From NCBI GenBank assembly GCA_964252035.1, contig OZ176204.1: a DNA stretch of 64,000 bases. The stretch is one strand, 5' to 3'. Shown piece by piece: positions 50,958 through 63,170 of the stretch; the first letter of the stretch is position 1; every line of letters begins with the position of its first letter. The position numbers and the translations under genes were made by a program. The notes under the pieces are model-generated. The model was not told the origin of the DNA. It was given only the letters and a program-made list of their open reading frames with translations, and made no database searches. The DNA is from Podarcis erhardii. Its lineage: Eukaryota.

Positions 50958-51547
50958 TATTAGGGTCCTCAAAAGGCAAAGGCCACACGTGTCTGGTAGC
51001 AGAGAGACATCTCTTTTTTTGCACACTGATGGTCCAGAGCCCGACGCAGGCGGAGTGCTGGCTTCTCGGTCTCACCTTTGGGTTGCAGCCACAGTTACGT
51101 TCCTTTCGTCTTGTAATTCTGGCTTTTCTGGTTGGGGGGGGGGGAGTACAGGAGATGCAACACTTGGGTGCATAAAGGAGGGCTCCAACCTGGATTCTGT
51201 CTGTACTGGGGGTTCCACTTTTAAGACAAACCCCAACTTTCTACCCTGAGCATGATGGACCTCCTTTCCGGGTTGTTAAAATGTCGCGAGATAATAGTTC
51301 ACAGAACGTGCTCAAGGCTGCATTTGCCCTGGAATATCATTATGGGCCTTAGCTACCAATGATAAAAGCAGGCCAAATGATAGCTTATCAAGACGATGCA
51401 AACATGAGGCTATCCAGAGGGTTGCATGGAGCCGCCTTGCTGCTTCCTGGGCTTTTACAGCTGCACCACCTTGACCTAAGCCAAGGTCTGGTCTAATCCA
51501 TCATCAGAACTGGGACCTGCAGTTAAGCTCTCTCTGCGAAGCAACTA

Positions 51548-51789
51548 CAGTGGTAACTCGGGTTAAGTACTTAGTTCGTTCCGGAGGTCCGTTCTTAACC
51601 TGAAACTGTTCTTAACCTGAAGCACCACTTTAGCTAATGAGGCCTCCCGCTGCCGCTGCGCCGCCAGAGCACGATTTCTGTTCTCATCCTGAAGCAAAGT
51701 TCTTAACCTGAAGCACTATTTCTGGGTTAGCGGAGTCTGTAACCTGAAGCATATGTAACCTGAAGCGTATGTAACCCGAGGTACCACTG
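51548..51789. mobile_element. Tigger-like MITE (copy 3), inverted relative to copies 1 and 2
   Basis: TA TSD (51546-47 and 51790-91). The internal sequence is the reverse complement of 50193-50434. Confidence 0.88.
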
Positions 51790-52466
51790 TACAGTACTCT
51801 ATTCCGAACTTAAAAATGGAAAGCGTAATGCTGGTGGTCAACAAAAGAGGTTTAAAGACTGTCTGAAGGCAAATTTTTTAAAATGTAGTACAAACACCAA
51901 CAATTGGGAAATACTGGCCTGCGAGCGCCCCAGCTGGAGAATAGCCTTTATCAAAGGTGTCATGGGCTTTGAAGACACTCGAACTCAGGACACAAGGGGG
52001 AAACATGCTTAGAGGAAGGCACATTTCGCTAACCCTCACCATGATCAACTCCCGCCTGGAAACCTATGTCCCTACTGTGGAAGGACGTGTGAATCCAGAA
52101 TTGGCCTCCACAGTCACTTACAGACTCATTGTTAAAACTGTGTTTATGGACGACAATCTTACTCACCTTTGAGTGATTGCCAAAGAAGAGAATGCAGTTA
52201 AGTATTCGAACTTGACCCTACAGGATAAGCGAAAGGCACCGACTGAGGGATGTAGGGGACAGGATTCTTCTCAACCTTTAATAGTATGTGAGCGAAGGAT
52301 ATTTGGTCGGTAACAATGCACCTCTCTTATCCCAACTTTTCAAATCCAGATCCTTTATATTTCTGAGCATGTCCAAACATTCCCACTATTTTTTTATTAT
52401 TATTATTATCTCACACTGTGGCTTTGAGAATTGTATAAAGTTCCTTTATTTTTCCTCTCCACAGTA

Positions 52467-52680
52467 CAGTAAGCCTGCCAGTTATGTGGGGGTTTAATTC
52501 TAGGCACCCTGCCTAAAGCCAAAATCGTGTATAATCAAAACACATTGGGTTCAATGGCGGGTCAAATTGCTAAAGTCGTTTTTTTCAAGAACCCTGCCCC
52601 TCATTTTTTTTAATAAAAAGAATGCCATGCATGTAAAGTTGAATGTGCACAAGTTAAATGCACATAAATTGCAGGTTGTA
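52467..52680. mobile_element. Degenerate Tigger-like MITE related to 1278-1681
   Basis: TA|CAGTAAGCCTGCCAGTTATGTG versus CACATAAATTGCAGGTTG at the right end, where the 80-bp element abuts. Confidence 0.5.
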
Positions 52681-52760
52681 CAGGGTGAGTCTTTTAAAAG
52701 AGGCCCCGTGGAACATGTGTACTCTATATCCACAAGGCCTCTTTTAAAGGACTCGCCCTG
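52681..52760. mobile_element. 80-bp mariner-type mini-MITE
   Basis: 25-bp TIRs CAGGGTGAGTCTTTTAAAAGAGGCC (23/25 complementary), TA on both sides (52679-80 and 52761-62), 30-bp spacer. Confidence 0.82.
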
Positions 52761-55700
52761 TATATTGCGGGGGGATTCCAAATCACTCACTTCTTGGTTC
52801 AGTTACTGCCAGCCCAAGTGTCCTGAACCCCTGGCCTACCTGGCAACAAGCCAGTATCTCATGTCCCCAGTCCAGGGTCAATCCCCATGCCCAAAGTCCG
52901 AACCGAAGCGCAGTCCCGCAGAGATCCTGCAGCATCCAAACTGAGGTCCTTCAACATGGGCAGTTGAGCAGACACAGCGCTTCACCTCTGCTGCCCTTTT
53001 GTACTTTGCATTCTGATTGCAACATCTGGGCTTGATGATGGATGTGACCCTCACCTGTTCCAAGCCTACTCCAGCTGAGGAGTTGCACACCTCCTCCCAA
53101 AGCTAGCAAGCCCCACCTGGTCAGCTAGGGAGCTGGGCTGTGGGCCCTTGCCTGCCTCAGCTTCCTGGAGCATCCCTCCCACTGCTCCACATGCCTCAGA
53201 GCCTGCCATGTTGATGGAGGCACAACTCTGGCTCTGGTGATGGTCTGGTTCCTGTGCATTGACCCCCATTCCCTTGTCATCTTCCATCACCCCGTACTTC
53301 CTACACCAACCTCTCCTTGCCCATCCTTAGCTTGCCCCAGTGTGTCCCAGTCCCAGCTGCAGCCCTCACCAGGCTCCTCTTCCTTCTTTCCATTGTCCAG
53401 CCAGTTCATGACACCAAGTGTCTAGAAAAGTGTGGGGTGGAGACAAGTAATACTCTGCTTTGAGATATCACCATCCTCTTCACTTTAACATCAATATTTG
53501 GAGTTGTATTCAACTGAATTGCATTCATAGGAGGCCTATTAAAGTGAATGGATCTAATTAATGTCTATTAGTTTCAGCATATTTACTCAAGAGTATGCTT
53601 TAGTTGGACACAACCCTTCATTTCTGATTTGCTGGCACATGTTAAAGTGGGTATGACATATACCCAGATATATGTTGAGATCATTTGACTGATTTGATTT
53701 GATTTATTGTATTTATATGCAAATTTTCATTCAAATGAATCTCAAAAGTGGCTTACAGAGAATAAATAATAATAACATAATGAAACAATCACAAAGACAG
53801 CGTAAGTCATAAAATAACAAATAATAAAAGTCATATGACTGACAAGTCAGTACAGTGTTTAGAGATCATGTCTGGTTTACTCGTGAGTTTTTATTTTGAG
53901 AGTTGCTGTGTCCTTTCCTCTTTTAAAACAAGGGACCCCCTTTGGGCAGTTAAAATCCACTCAAAAATGTATTTTGAATTCCACTTTGCAGATTGCAGAT
54001 TTTCCCCCTTACATCTTATTTTCCTTAGGGAAGCTGCTGTACACAGGCATAAGAGCATCTATATATACAAGTACACATTTAAAAATCATGCCCCTGGATT
54101 CAACAAGATTTACGTGCAAGAATAGCAAGATGCATCAGTTACATCTGGCCTTCCTCTTTATTTCAGAAACATTATGGACAGAAGAACAAAGGCAGAGAGA
54201 GAACTAGGAGCTTTCTGATACCCATCTGCAACAAAAACTCCCATCTCTCTCCTTCATTATGCAATCTGCACTAGTAGGTGAGAGTAACAGAGACATCTGC
54301 TGGTAAGCGATGCAGCAATTTCCCTTATTTGGCAGGACTTATTCACTGTTTCCCCCCTAGACCACACTTCAGACCACACATGGAAATAAGCAGCAATCTG
54401 GCACAGGAAACCTCGTCTGGTGTTGATTGTGGCAACTGTTCTCTTAATTATTAATTCTCTTCATATTTATTTTTTGAGGGGGGCAGTGGGGAGGCCAAGT
54501 TCAGCTTTTAGGTTTTGATACAGTGAAAAGAACAAGACATTTTGCTTAATGCCACAATTGCTTTGTTCAGCTCACAATGAATTGACAAAATTGTAAAACT
54601 TCTATTATACATTAAACTTAAGACAACATGTTGTGACAAATTAGTTTTTTTATCATTGTTAATAACTGCAGCAACATCTGCAACAACAACGAAATTAAAC
54701 CATTTCTGATCTTTCGATTTAGTACCAGTTTGAAGTCACCTTTCCTGCTTCTTTAGCCAAAGCACAACAACATTTGTGGGATCATAGCTTTGCGGGATTA
54801 GTGCTTGCACAAATGTTAAGGTGTCAACATCTGCAAAGAAAGGGGTTTTCCCATGATCTGGAGAGAACTGTGTGGCTGCTCTCTGATTTTGGAACATCAC
54901 CCCTGTTGAGATACAATGGACCCTCACCATTTGCTGTTCCCAGAAACGATCAAAAACATTCTTATTTTGACAAGCAACAGCAACAACTTCCAGCCCAACA
55001 AAAAAAACCAAACACCACCCCAAACCACCATTATACCCCTTTAACCATCATGAAGAATCATGGAAACCATAGTTTGTTAAGGGTATGACCTTGCAGAGCT
55101 GCAATTCCCAGGACCCTTAACAAACGACAGCGCCCAGGATTATCCATGATGGTTAAAGTGATATAATAGTGCTTTAGATGTACAGTGCAGGTGTGACTCC
55201 GGTGAGGTTCTCCACTTCCTCCCTTCCTAGACCAAGGGAGTAAGGTGATGGAGAGCCTCAGCAGCACTGCCATTGCTAAAGCAGTGGCAAAAGGAAAAAT
55301 GTTAACGGGGGGGGGGGGCTATAGCAGTAGCAAGTCAATGACAAGTAAGCCAGGAGAGGGGCCTCTGCTGCCACCATCACAGGAGGGTGGGCAACAGAAG
55401 AGGGAGACGAAGGCAGGAGGGAAGCTCACACAGTGACCTTGGTAGGGGCGTTGGGGTTTTGTTTGTGTTTGAAAACCTATTTTTAGTTGCTTTATCGTAC
55501 GGTGGTAAATCGCCTTGAAATTTGCAAGATTATACATATACATAAATAAATGTATAATAACTTTTTCAGAGCAGTGTAAATAATCATATGTTAGCACCTT
55601 CGGCAACTTTGTTAAAGTTTTCGTTAGCTCTTTTTGTTACTTTATTGAAAGCAACACACATATCTTGCCATCTTGCGTTTATTTTACTTATGCAATCACC

Positions 55701-57168
55701 GTTTTGTGTAGGTGGGACAAGGGGGGGGGATAAATAAATGGAGAGTGGAGGAAACACACTTTCCAAAACTTCCCAAAGCCAAGTAAGGCAAAATATTAAA
55801 GCCCTTTCGCTTTCTTCCCAAAGCTCGGCAAACACTTACTGGAAGAGGGAGGACTCTAGGACTCTGCTTAGAGCCTTTACGCCACCTTTCCAAAGCTGGG
55901 CAATCAGCCCTCCACCTTGCAGGAGGCCCAGTTCAAGGGACTCCTGGCTTTACACAACGCACAATGGCCAGGAACATAACCCCCATTTTCCTATGTATCT
56001 GTAGGAATTTTGAACCACAGCTACAATGGAGGAGACAACAACTTAGAACCTGAGTTTTCAATATTATTAGTGTGGCAATTTTGCCTGCATCTCTCTTTCC
56101 TGTTGCTTCAATTTTATTCATGTCCTAATCATTGAGTACAGTCACAAACAATTTTTTTTTTTTTAATCCTGTTGGCTTGGGAAGGGAAACCCCATTGCTA
56201 TTTCATACTTTCAGCCAATAAGAAACTGTCCATTTCTTCCCTTTTTTTCAATGAATTGCATCGTTTCACATTTCCTGCCTGTAGTTTTCCAGACAATTAC
56301 TCGTAATAAGAAGTGCTCATAGTCTATAATTCATTCTTTGGAGTGCCTTTCTAGTGAGATCCTTCATCCTGCCACTATCACACTCCACACATTTCCGCTT
56401 CAGTTCCATCAGCAAATCAAGGTCCTATAGACAACAGACCAAATTATTACTATGATTACTTCTAATGCGCCATCAGAATTCATGACAAGAATGAAAGTAA
56501 ATCTCTTCTCTGTGTAGCTTTGAGTCCAGAGGTGGACAAGTGAAAAGGATGGAAAGAGACAGGAGGCGAACATGATGGAAAGAAAGACAGAAAGAAAGGC
56601 AAATACACTGTACTAAAATTAAGTCATTCTGAACCAAATTTAACCCATCTTTTTTCCACCAAGGAACACTGACTTTTGTTTAGCTCGGTATCGGGTTAAG
56701 CAAATAATGTACTTGATTATTTTTTTGTGAGAGGTGCAACCAAGCCCACTTTGCTTCAGAAGAAGCTGCCCTGACCACTACACTGGTTAGGTACCGAATT
56801 CCTTTTCTAGTGGCTAAAACACTCCAAGGTGAGAAGGGTCCACATCATAATTGATGGAGGGGGGAGGTAGTTCCAAGGCTGTGACTGTCCTGGCTGCAAT
56901 GGGTGGATATATACCTGGTTCCTTAATGATGCCCTGCATTTGGAGCTTCTTGTCTGTCCGTGTGTCCTTCCTACCCCATTCTACATAGGAGTGCCTTCAG
57001 AGCATGCCGATGGAGAGCTGCCTTCTCCCATTGCAGCAGTCTTCTTGTCCTTGGTCACTGGCTCTCTGTTAATTGCCTGCTCTTCTCCCTGGGATCAGTT
57101 TTGTCTTCTATGCATCCCTGAGGATTTCGTGCACCTATCAAAGCAGACAAGTAGGTGGGCCACTAAAT

Positions 57169-57544
57169 CAGGCATGTCCAACAGGTAGATCGTGGTCTAC
57201 TGGTAGTTTGCAGGGTGTTCCTGGTAGATCCTGGTTGATCTCTGGTGCCTCAGCAATCTCCTTATAAAAAAACAAACAAAAACAAAACAAAACCCAACTT
57301 TGGCTTCCTAAAAAAAGCTCCACAACTTGGTAGCTTGCGATCTACTGGTAGATTGCAGGGTGTTCCTGGTAGATGCTTGTTGATCTCTGGCCCACTCAGC
57401 TATCTCCTTACAAAAAAGCAAACAAAAACAAAACAAAACCCAACTTTGGCTTCCTAAAAAAAGCTCCACAACTATGGGTAGATCACTGTCAGTTTTTTTA
57501 ATACTGTGAGTAGATCGCAGTCTATTGAGAGTTGGACATCCCTG
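57169..57544. mobile_element. hAT MITE with an internal ~145-bp tandem duplication
   Basis: TIRs CAGGCATGTCCAAC / GTTGGACATCCCTG. Perfect 8-bp TSD CACTAAAT (57161-68 and 57545-52). Confidence 0.88.
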
Positions 57545-57949
57545 CACTAAATGATGTCATGCAGTTCAAGAAGAGCAGGTGTTCTCAGTGTTTAATTCCA
57601 AAAAGTGAGGTGCCTTACTGATTTGCAAAGAGGAGCACTTCCACTACATGCTATAATCAAGTCATTCAGTTCCTTGTCTATTAATCACACTTGACTGCAG
57701 TGAAGCACAAGCTATTCAATAGCTGGCAGTATTGGTTCCTCCGATCAGAATGGTTATGAATAAAACCTGAAAGGTGAAGAAGAGAAATATAACTCTACAC
57801 CAGTGAAGCCACAGTAGTGGAATAGCTCAGTTCTAGTTTATGGAGGAAGGGTTTAAAAGAAAAGAATAATAAAAAGAGCAAGCATGTGGTTAATGTATTT
57901 GAATGGATTTAAATAGATCCCACAAGTGCTAGAAGCAAATTAACTTTGC

Positions 57950-58660
57950 AGTTACTTTGAAACAGGTCCAGTTTAGAAGTGACATTGAGACTGCATGAGA
58001 CACCCATGTGGTGTTACTAGGGATTGAGTGTGGGCAACTCTGTCTGTTTCCCAGGTCTGGAGGGAGGTAACACGAGAATGGACCTTTTCTGCAGTGGCTC
58101 CCCATTTGCGGAATGCTCTCCCCAGAGAGGCTCACCTGGCCCCTTCATTACATATTAAAAGGTAAAGGACCCCTGGATGGTGAAGTCCAGTCAAAAGTGA
58201 CTATGGGGTTGCAGCACTCATCTCGCTTTCAGGCCAAGGGAGCCGGCGTTTGTCCACTGACAGCTTTCTGGTGCAACGGAACACCAAGACGGAAACCAGA
58301 GTGCACAGAAATGCTGTTTACCTTCCCGCCACAGCAGTACCTATTTATCTACTTGCACTGGTGTGCTTTCCAACTGCTAGGTAGGCAGGAGCTAGGACAG
58401 AGCAATGGGAGCTCACCTTGTTGCGGGGATTCGAACCGCCAACCTTCTGATGGGCAAGCCCAAGAGGCTCAGTGGTTTAGACCACAGCGCCACTCGTCAT
58501 TACATATATTTAGGTACCAGGTGAAAGCATTCCTCTTCACCCAGGCCTAGGGCTAAGTAAGCAAGCTGCAGACTTTTAAACTGGGTTGGGTGTGGGAGGA
58601 GTTATGGTTTGTTATGTTATGTGTCTTTGTGCTTTTGAACTGTGCTTTTGGAACATGTTA
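57950..58660 (+). mobile_element. Old L2 3' fragment interrupted by a Sauria SINE
   Basis: Joining the two sides reads roughly TFSAVAPI.NALP.EAHLAPSLHIFRYQVKAFLFTQA*, similar to the L2 ORF end, followed by a T-rich 3' UTR. Confidence 0.6.
58156..58496 (-). mobile_element. Full-length Sauria SINE
   Basis: A box (GTGGCGCTGTGG), B box (GGTTCGAATCC) and CCTTTACCTTT tail. 11-bp TSD TCATTACATAT (58145-55 and 58497-507). Confidence 0.9.
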
Positions 58661-59286
58661 AAAGCTTCTAGTACTTGGAGGTGGTGTTCTATACTCTACA
58701 TCACAGGTTTTTTGCTTCCCAGAAATCTCAAGCTAAGCAGTTTGCTTATGCTGTGCTCCCTCTTTTTTTTTTTTACACCAAAGGGGGTCAGTAGATCTCT
58801 GGAGCTATTAAACTTTTTAAATGCTAGGATAACTTCCCAGTTTCTTTATGGAGCTGCTATTTTGATTGGTTAAAAACAAAGCCCTTCTGCAGATCCCAGG
58901 ATGGGCTCCTGACGCAGCTATATTTTTGGAAATGGGGCAGTGCCCTTTTGAGATAAGAGCTTGGTTGGCAGCCACTCCTAAAGAGGTTTATGTTCAAAAT
59001 GGAAGCAGGGCTGTGAACCCATTTATTGCATTGTTGGGACAAAGCTTGTTACCCAAAAGCTGCCTATATTGGACATCAGATTTTCATTTTCTTCGAGTGG
59101 GACATGGTAATGCAACTACCCTGGTAAAGCAAATAACTTTAAACTTCTCTTTTCAAGTTATTCTGGGTTGTTCACATGCAACTTGTTCATCTTGCTGCTT
59201 CAGTATCTTCTACCAGTGCTCTTTTTCTAGAAAGAAAGAAAGAAAAAGGTACTGGGACTTGCCCTGAACATGTTTCTTGTTCTCTT

Positions 59287-59398
59287 AAAAAAGCTAAAGG
59301 AACCTCTGACCATTAGGTCCAGTTGTGGCCGAACTGCTGACCTTCTGATCGGCAAGTCCTAGGCTCTGTGGTTTAACTCACAACGCTACCCGCATCCC
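59287..59398 (-). mobile_element. Internally deleted (112-bp) Sauria SINE
   Basis: The SINE 5' head is fused to the SINE 3' tail at CGA (59330-32). 13-bp perfect TSD TTCTTGTTCTCTT (59274-86 and 59399-411). Confidence 0.85.
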
Positions 59399-60542
59399 TT
59401 CTTGTTCTCTTAGAACGTGCCAAAACTGAGTTCCGGATGCCTTCTACAACAATCCTTTCCAGTTAGCTACTTCCTTCTGAAATCTGCATGTTATTATTAC
59501 CTATCGCACAGAGCTTGGACTCAATTCAATGTTCTCCCCTCCCAGATGTTTTGTAGCAGATATGCTGGCCTCCTCTTTCCTCAAAAGTAGGTAGAATCTA
59601 TAGAAGGCATTCTTTTGTTTTGTAATTTTTATGCTGGAGTTTGACAGCATTTGATTGGTCCTTTATTGACCAAATTACCAAGAACGTCAACTCTATTTCC
59701 ACTTGATGGAACATAAAATCCTAAGGATGCCGCTGATAATGACTGCATTTTGTCAGGAGGAGTGAAAACAGGAGAAAAACTTGTCATGTAAATCTGGAAG
59801 AGCTATCTCTGCGGGACTGTCTAGAAGTGACTGTACCTCTGTGTAGCTGTCATTAAGTCACACTTTTGAATCTGTTTCATTCTGAAATTCAGGGGAACAG
59901 TATCTATTTGTTTTATTTCTAGTCTACTGAGTGTAGTAAATTGAATGGGTGAAATTTCATTATGTCCCGCAACTATTGGTGAATTATGTAAGACATTTCA
60001 GCGTTGCGAGCCATCTTGAGCATAGTTTAGTATGGAAAGGCAGCATGCAGATAAATGATGGTGATGATGAGTGCACTGTTTAAATTGGGTCAGAGCCCTT
60101 AAAATGGAAAAGTAGCTTTCTCATGCATGAAGAACACATTGCTAAGGACTTGTGAAACAGAAGCAGAGGTGCAGCTCTCAAAACACCTAGAGACGCTCAG
60201 CCTTCTGTGTAGTTTGTACAGCACTTACATTAGGGCTGCGGAATATAACTCACAGAACCCTTGTGCTCTCTTATTTCCCATGATCATAGGCTGAGTTGCT
60301 ACGGCAACCAGGTATCCCTCAGTGACCCATCTTTGTGCCAAAAGAGTTTATGTTTCAAGTATCCATTCAGCTGGAATCCTGTTTTATTCAGGAATGCCAC
60401 GGGGCCTACTAATTTCTATCTTTCCCTGTGAAGTATCCTTCAGAAGCATGAATTTGAAAGCTGACCAGAGATGCAAAATAAGCCAATTAAGGTTGTAATC
60501 CTATTCACACTTAGGAACAAATGTCATAGAAGTTGATGCATG

Positions 60543-60598
<56 letters not shown>
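60543..60598. repeat. Compound microsatellite (CA)9(GA)19
   Basis: Read directly from the sequence. Confidence 0.95.
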
Positions 60599-60601
<3 letters not shown>

Positions 60602-62429
60602 CTGTGGCAGTGATTAACAAAATTTTGCATGTTTGATATTGTTTATCTTCATGCTTGTGAAGGATCCTAATGTGTATTTACAAAATGTCAAATGATCTCT
60701 GTCCTTTGCGGGTGTGGGGGAGGGGGAGAACCCAGGATTGTGTAAGTAAAGCAAATGAGTATTAACACAGTGGTGAGATAGAGACTCACTCTAGGGGCAA
60801 TGTCCAGCATTACCTGAGTCAACAGTAGATACACAATTTGGTAACATGGAACAATGGAAATTATTCAACTATTTCCTTTCAAAGCATGAAAAGTAGACGA
60901 GTGCATATTATTTGACTCTGTTTTAGTTTGTTATGTGATGCTTCTTTAATGCTACTACTGTATTCTGGAGGGGCTTTAGCACAACAAAAGTGGGACAAAA
61001 ACAAACGTTTTGTGCTATAAACAAGTTATGGGATTTCAGCAGGAGGTTGCAGGATATGCACTGATTGGAAATGAAGCGGTGTGACTTCTCCCAAACTTTT
61101 GCAGGCACAAACAGTATTGAAAGTGGAATCACGTATCACCATCCTTTAGCATCATGAACACAAATAATTGTGAACGTACAATAAAAAGGGCAGCTGGAAT
61201 GGTCCTCAGAGTCAGTTGTATATAGAAGTTGTTTGCTTGATGCAAAATAATTTTGCGCTTAATCTTTGACACTTTAATAGTTTGCACCTTTTCTAATTTG
61301 CGGCAAGAAATTGCAAAGCCTTCAAAATGATGCACTATTTATGGGGGCTATTTCTAAGGAAACCTTTCCAAAATAAATGACGTGGAGTTCTCAGTGCAAG
61401 TAACTTAGCTGCAGCGAGCTGCTGGAAGACATTTTGATTGAAAGCTCAATCAACAACTAGCTCATCACAAAATTTAAATCCTGCACATGCCAAAAAGAAA
61501 AACAAACAAACAAAACCCTTCAAAACATCAGGGGTCTGTCATCTCAGTGCATGCATTAAGTATTCTGTGTGTGAAAATTAAACAGATGCTTTTGAATGGT
61601 GAAGGCAAAGCTGATAAACAGCACAGTTATTGTCGCCTTTGAAAACATCGCATCCAAGCTTTATCTTTCTCTAATAATTCATTTATCTTGTTTGGTAGGA
61701 AAGCTAAGATGTGAAAGGCTAAGACATATTTGCTAACCACCACAATTTCAGTGCTCTAACAATTTAAATATAGAATACCAGATGAGAAGAAACCAGAAAG
61801 TCAGCCTACTGTAGCCTTCATAACAACTAGAGTTGTGTTCCCAATTTGTAAGATGTTTTCAATTGTTTGTGCCATATTTATTTCACGGCATGCAGCCCAC
61901 AAGGTAGAGTAATCAGGACCTTGCATGTACATGCTTAAATCATTCCAGTTCTAAAAATATATGTGTGTGTGTGCGTGTGTAAATAAAGACAGCTGAAGAC
62001 AAATAGCACTGGGGATACTACACCATCTGGGGGAAAGTCTTAAGAGGTTATGATTCTGCAACACGATTCGTGCTTGCTGGCTGAATCCTGCAGATGACAG
62101 AAGGAAGGCAACAAAGTTGAAAAGCTGCCATGTGTTATAAATGTTGGTGGCATCCAGATGGCTGTGTCAACAGGCACACAGGCTTGGCTGCATTAGTAAT
62201 GCCTCCGATTCCTAAAGAGTACTTTGAGATATTCCGCTTGGTACTAACCATTAGCCCCAACCTATGCATAACCAAGGGTTATAGTAGGATGGGCAAATCA
62301 GTGAGTTTCTGATCTGCCTCCCTTTCCATCCTGCATCTGTTTTGAATGTTTTAGCCACAATTCTGATTCATTTGCCCATTAATCTGTGTTGTTGGCATCT
62401 GTCTGTCTTGAGACAATGGAGTGTGCCTC

Positions 62430-62760
62430 TGGGGGTGAAGCCAAACCATGGCACTAGCAGTACCAAATGACCTTCCATGGTGTGCAAGCCAGGGCAGTGT
62501 GTATGAAGGTCCTGGGTTGTCCAGATGAAGAGATTCCCCTTTGGCCTCACTGCACCAACTTGGCAGCAGGAGTTGCTGGAAGGAGGCATACAAGGTACAT
62601 CCAATCACCTTAGGAACTCCACTCTGGATTTGTGTAGGGTTTACTCCTTAGCCTTATCTTCTCCCAAAAATATCCCGCAAGACAGGAGTTTTATGGCCAG
62701 AGTTTTCCTTCTCCTAGATGGGCTACCTTCCCAGGTTGACGAGCCCCATCTGCCCCTGTA
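62430..62760. mobile_element. Interspersed repeat fragment, possibly RTE-clade derived
   Basis: Resembles a lacertid repeat I recall (GCAAGCC.GGGCAGTGTGTATG..GGTCCTGGG; TTTGTGTAGGGTTTACTCCTTAGCC; GGTTGACGAGCC). Family not verified. Confidence 0.3.
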
Positions 62761-63054
62761 ATTGCATATTGCAATATGTTTTTTAAGCTGCATCACAACA
62801 TTTGGAAAATAACAAAATCCACTGGGTAGGTAAACTCCATCCCACACATTGGTCTGAGACATGTGGATCGTGTCATTTTGGTTTAGAATTCCCAGATATC
62901 GAATTACTCATTTCAGGCACGTTCATTAAGCATGCTAAGCAAAGGAGAGTGAGTATGAACTACATTGTCCAACTTCTAGTAATGTACTCAAGTTTAAAGT
63001 TTAAAAGCTGAGCCCAGAATAGCTGCAGAAATATTTCACTTAATGTAGAACAGT

Positions 63055-63170
63055 AATGGGGGAACCTGATACTCCAGATGTTGTTGAGAGTACCACTTCC
63101 AGAATCCAAGCCCACTGGCTAGGCTGGCTGTGTTCAACATCTGGAAGGCCACAGATTCTCCATCCTTGAC
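63055..63170. mobile_element. Degenerate palindromic MITE of the CCAGATGTTG family
   Basis: CTCCAGATGTTGTTGAG ... TTCAACATCTGGAAG form inverted arms. Confidence 0.45.

Noticed and set aside
54736-55835. Short ORFs (104 aa +, 95 aa -, 83 aa -) upstream of PID1 as exons of another gene
   Set aside because: No recognisable protein family and no consistent exon structure.
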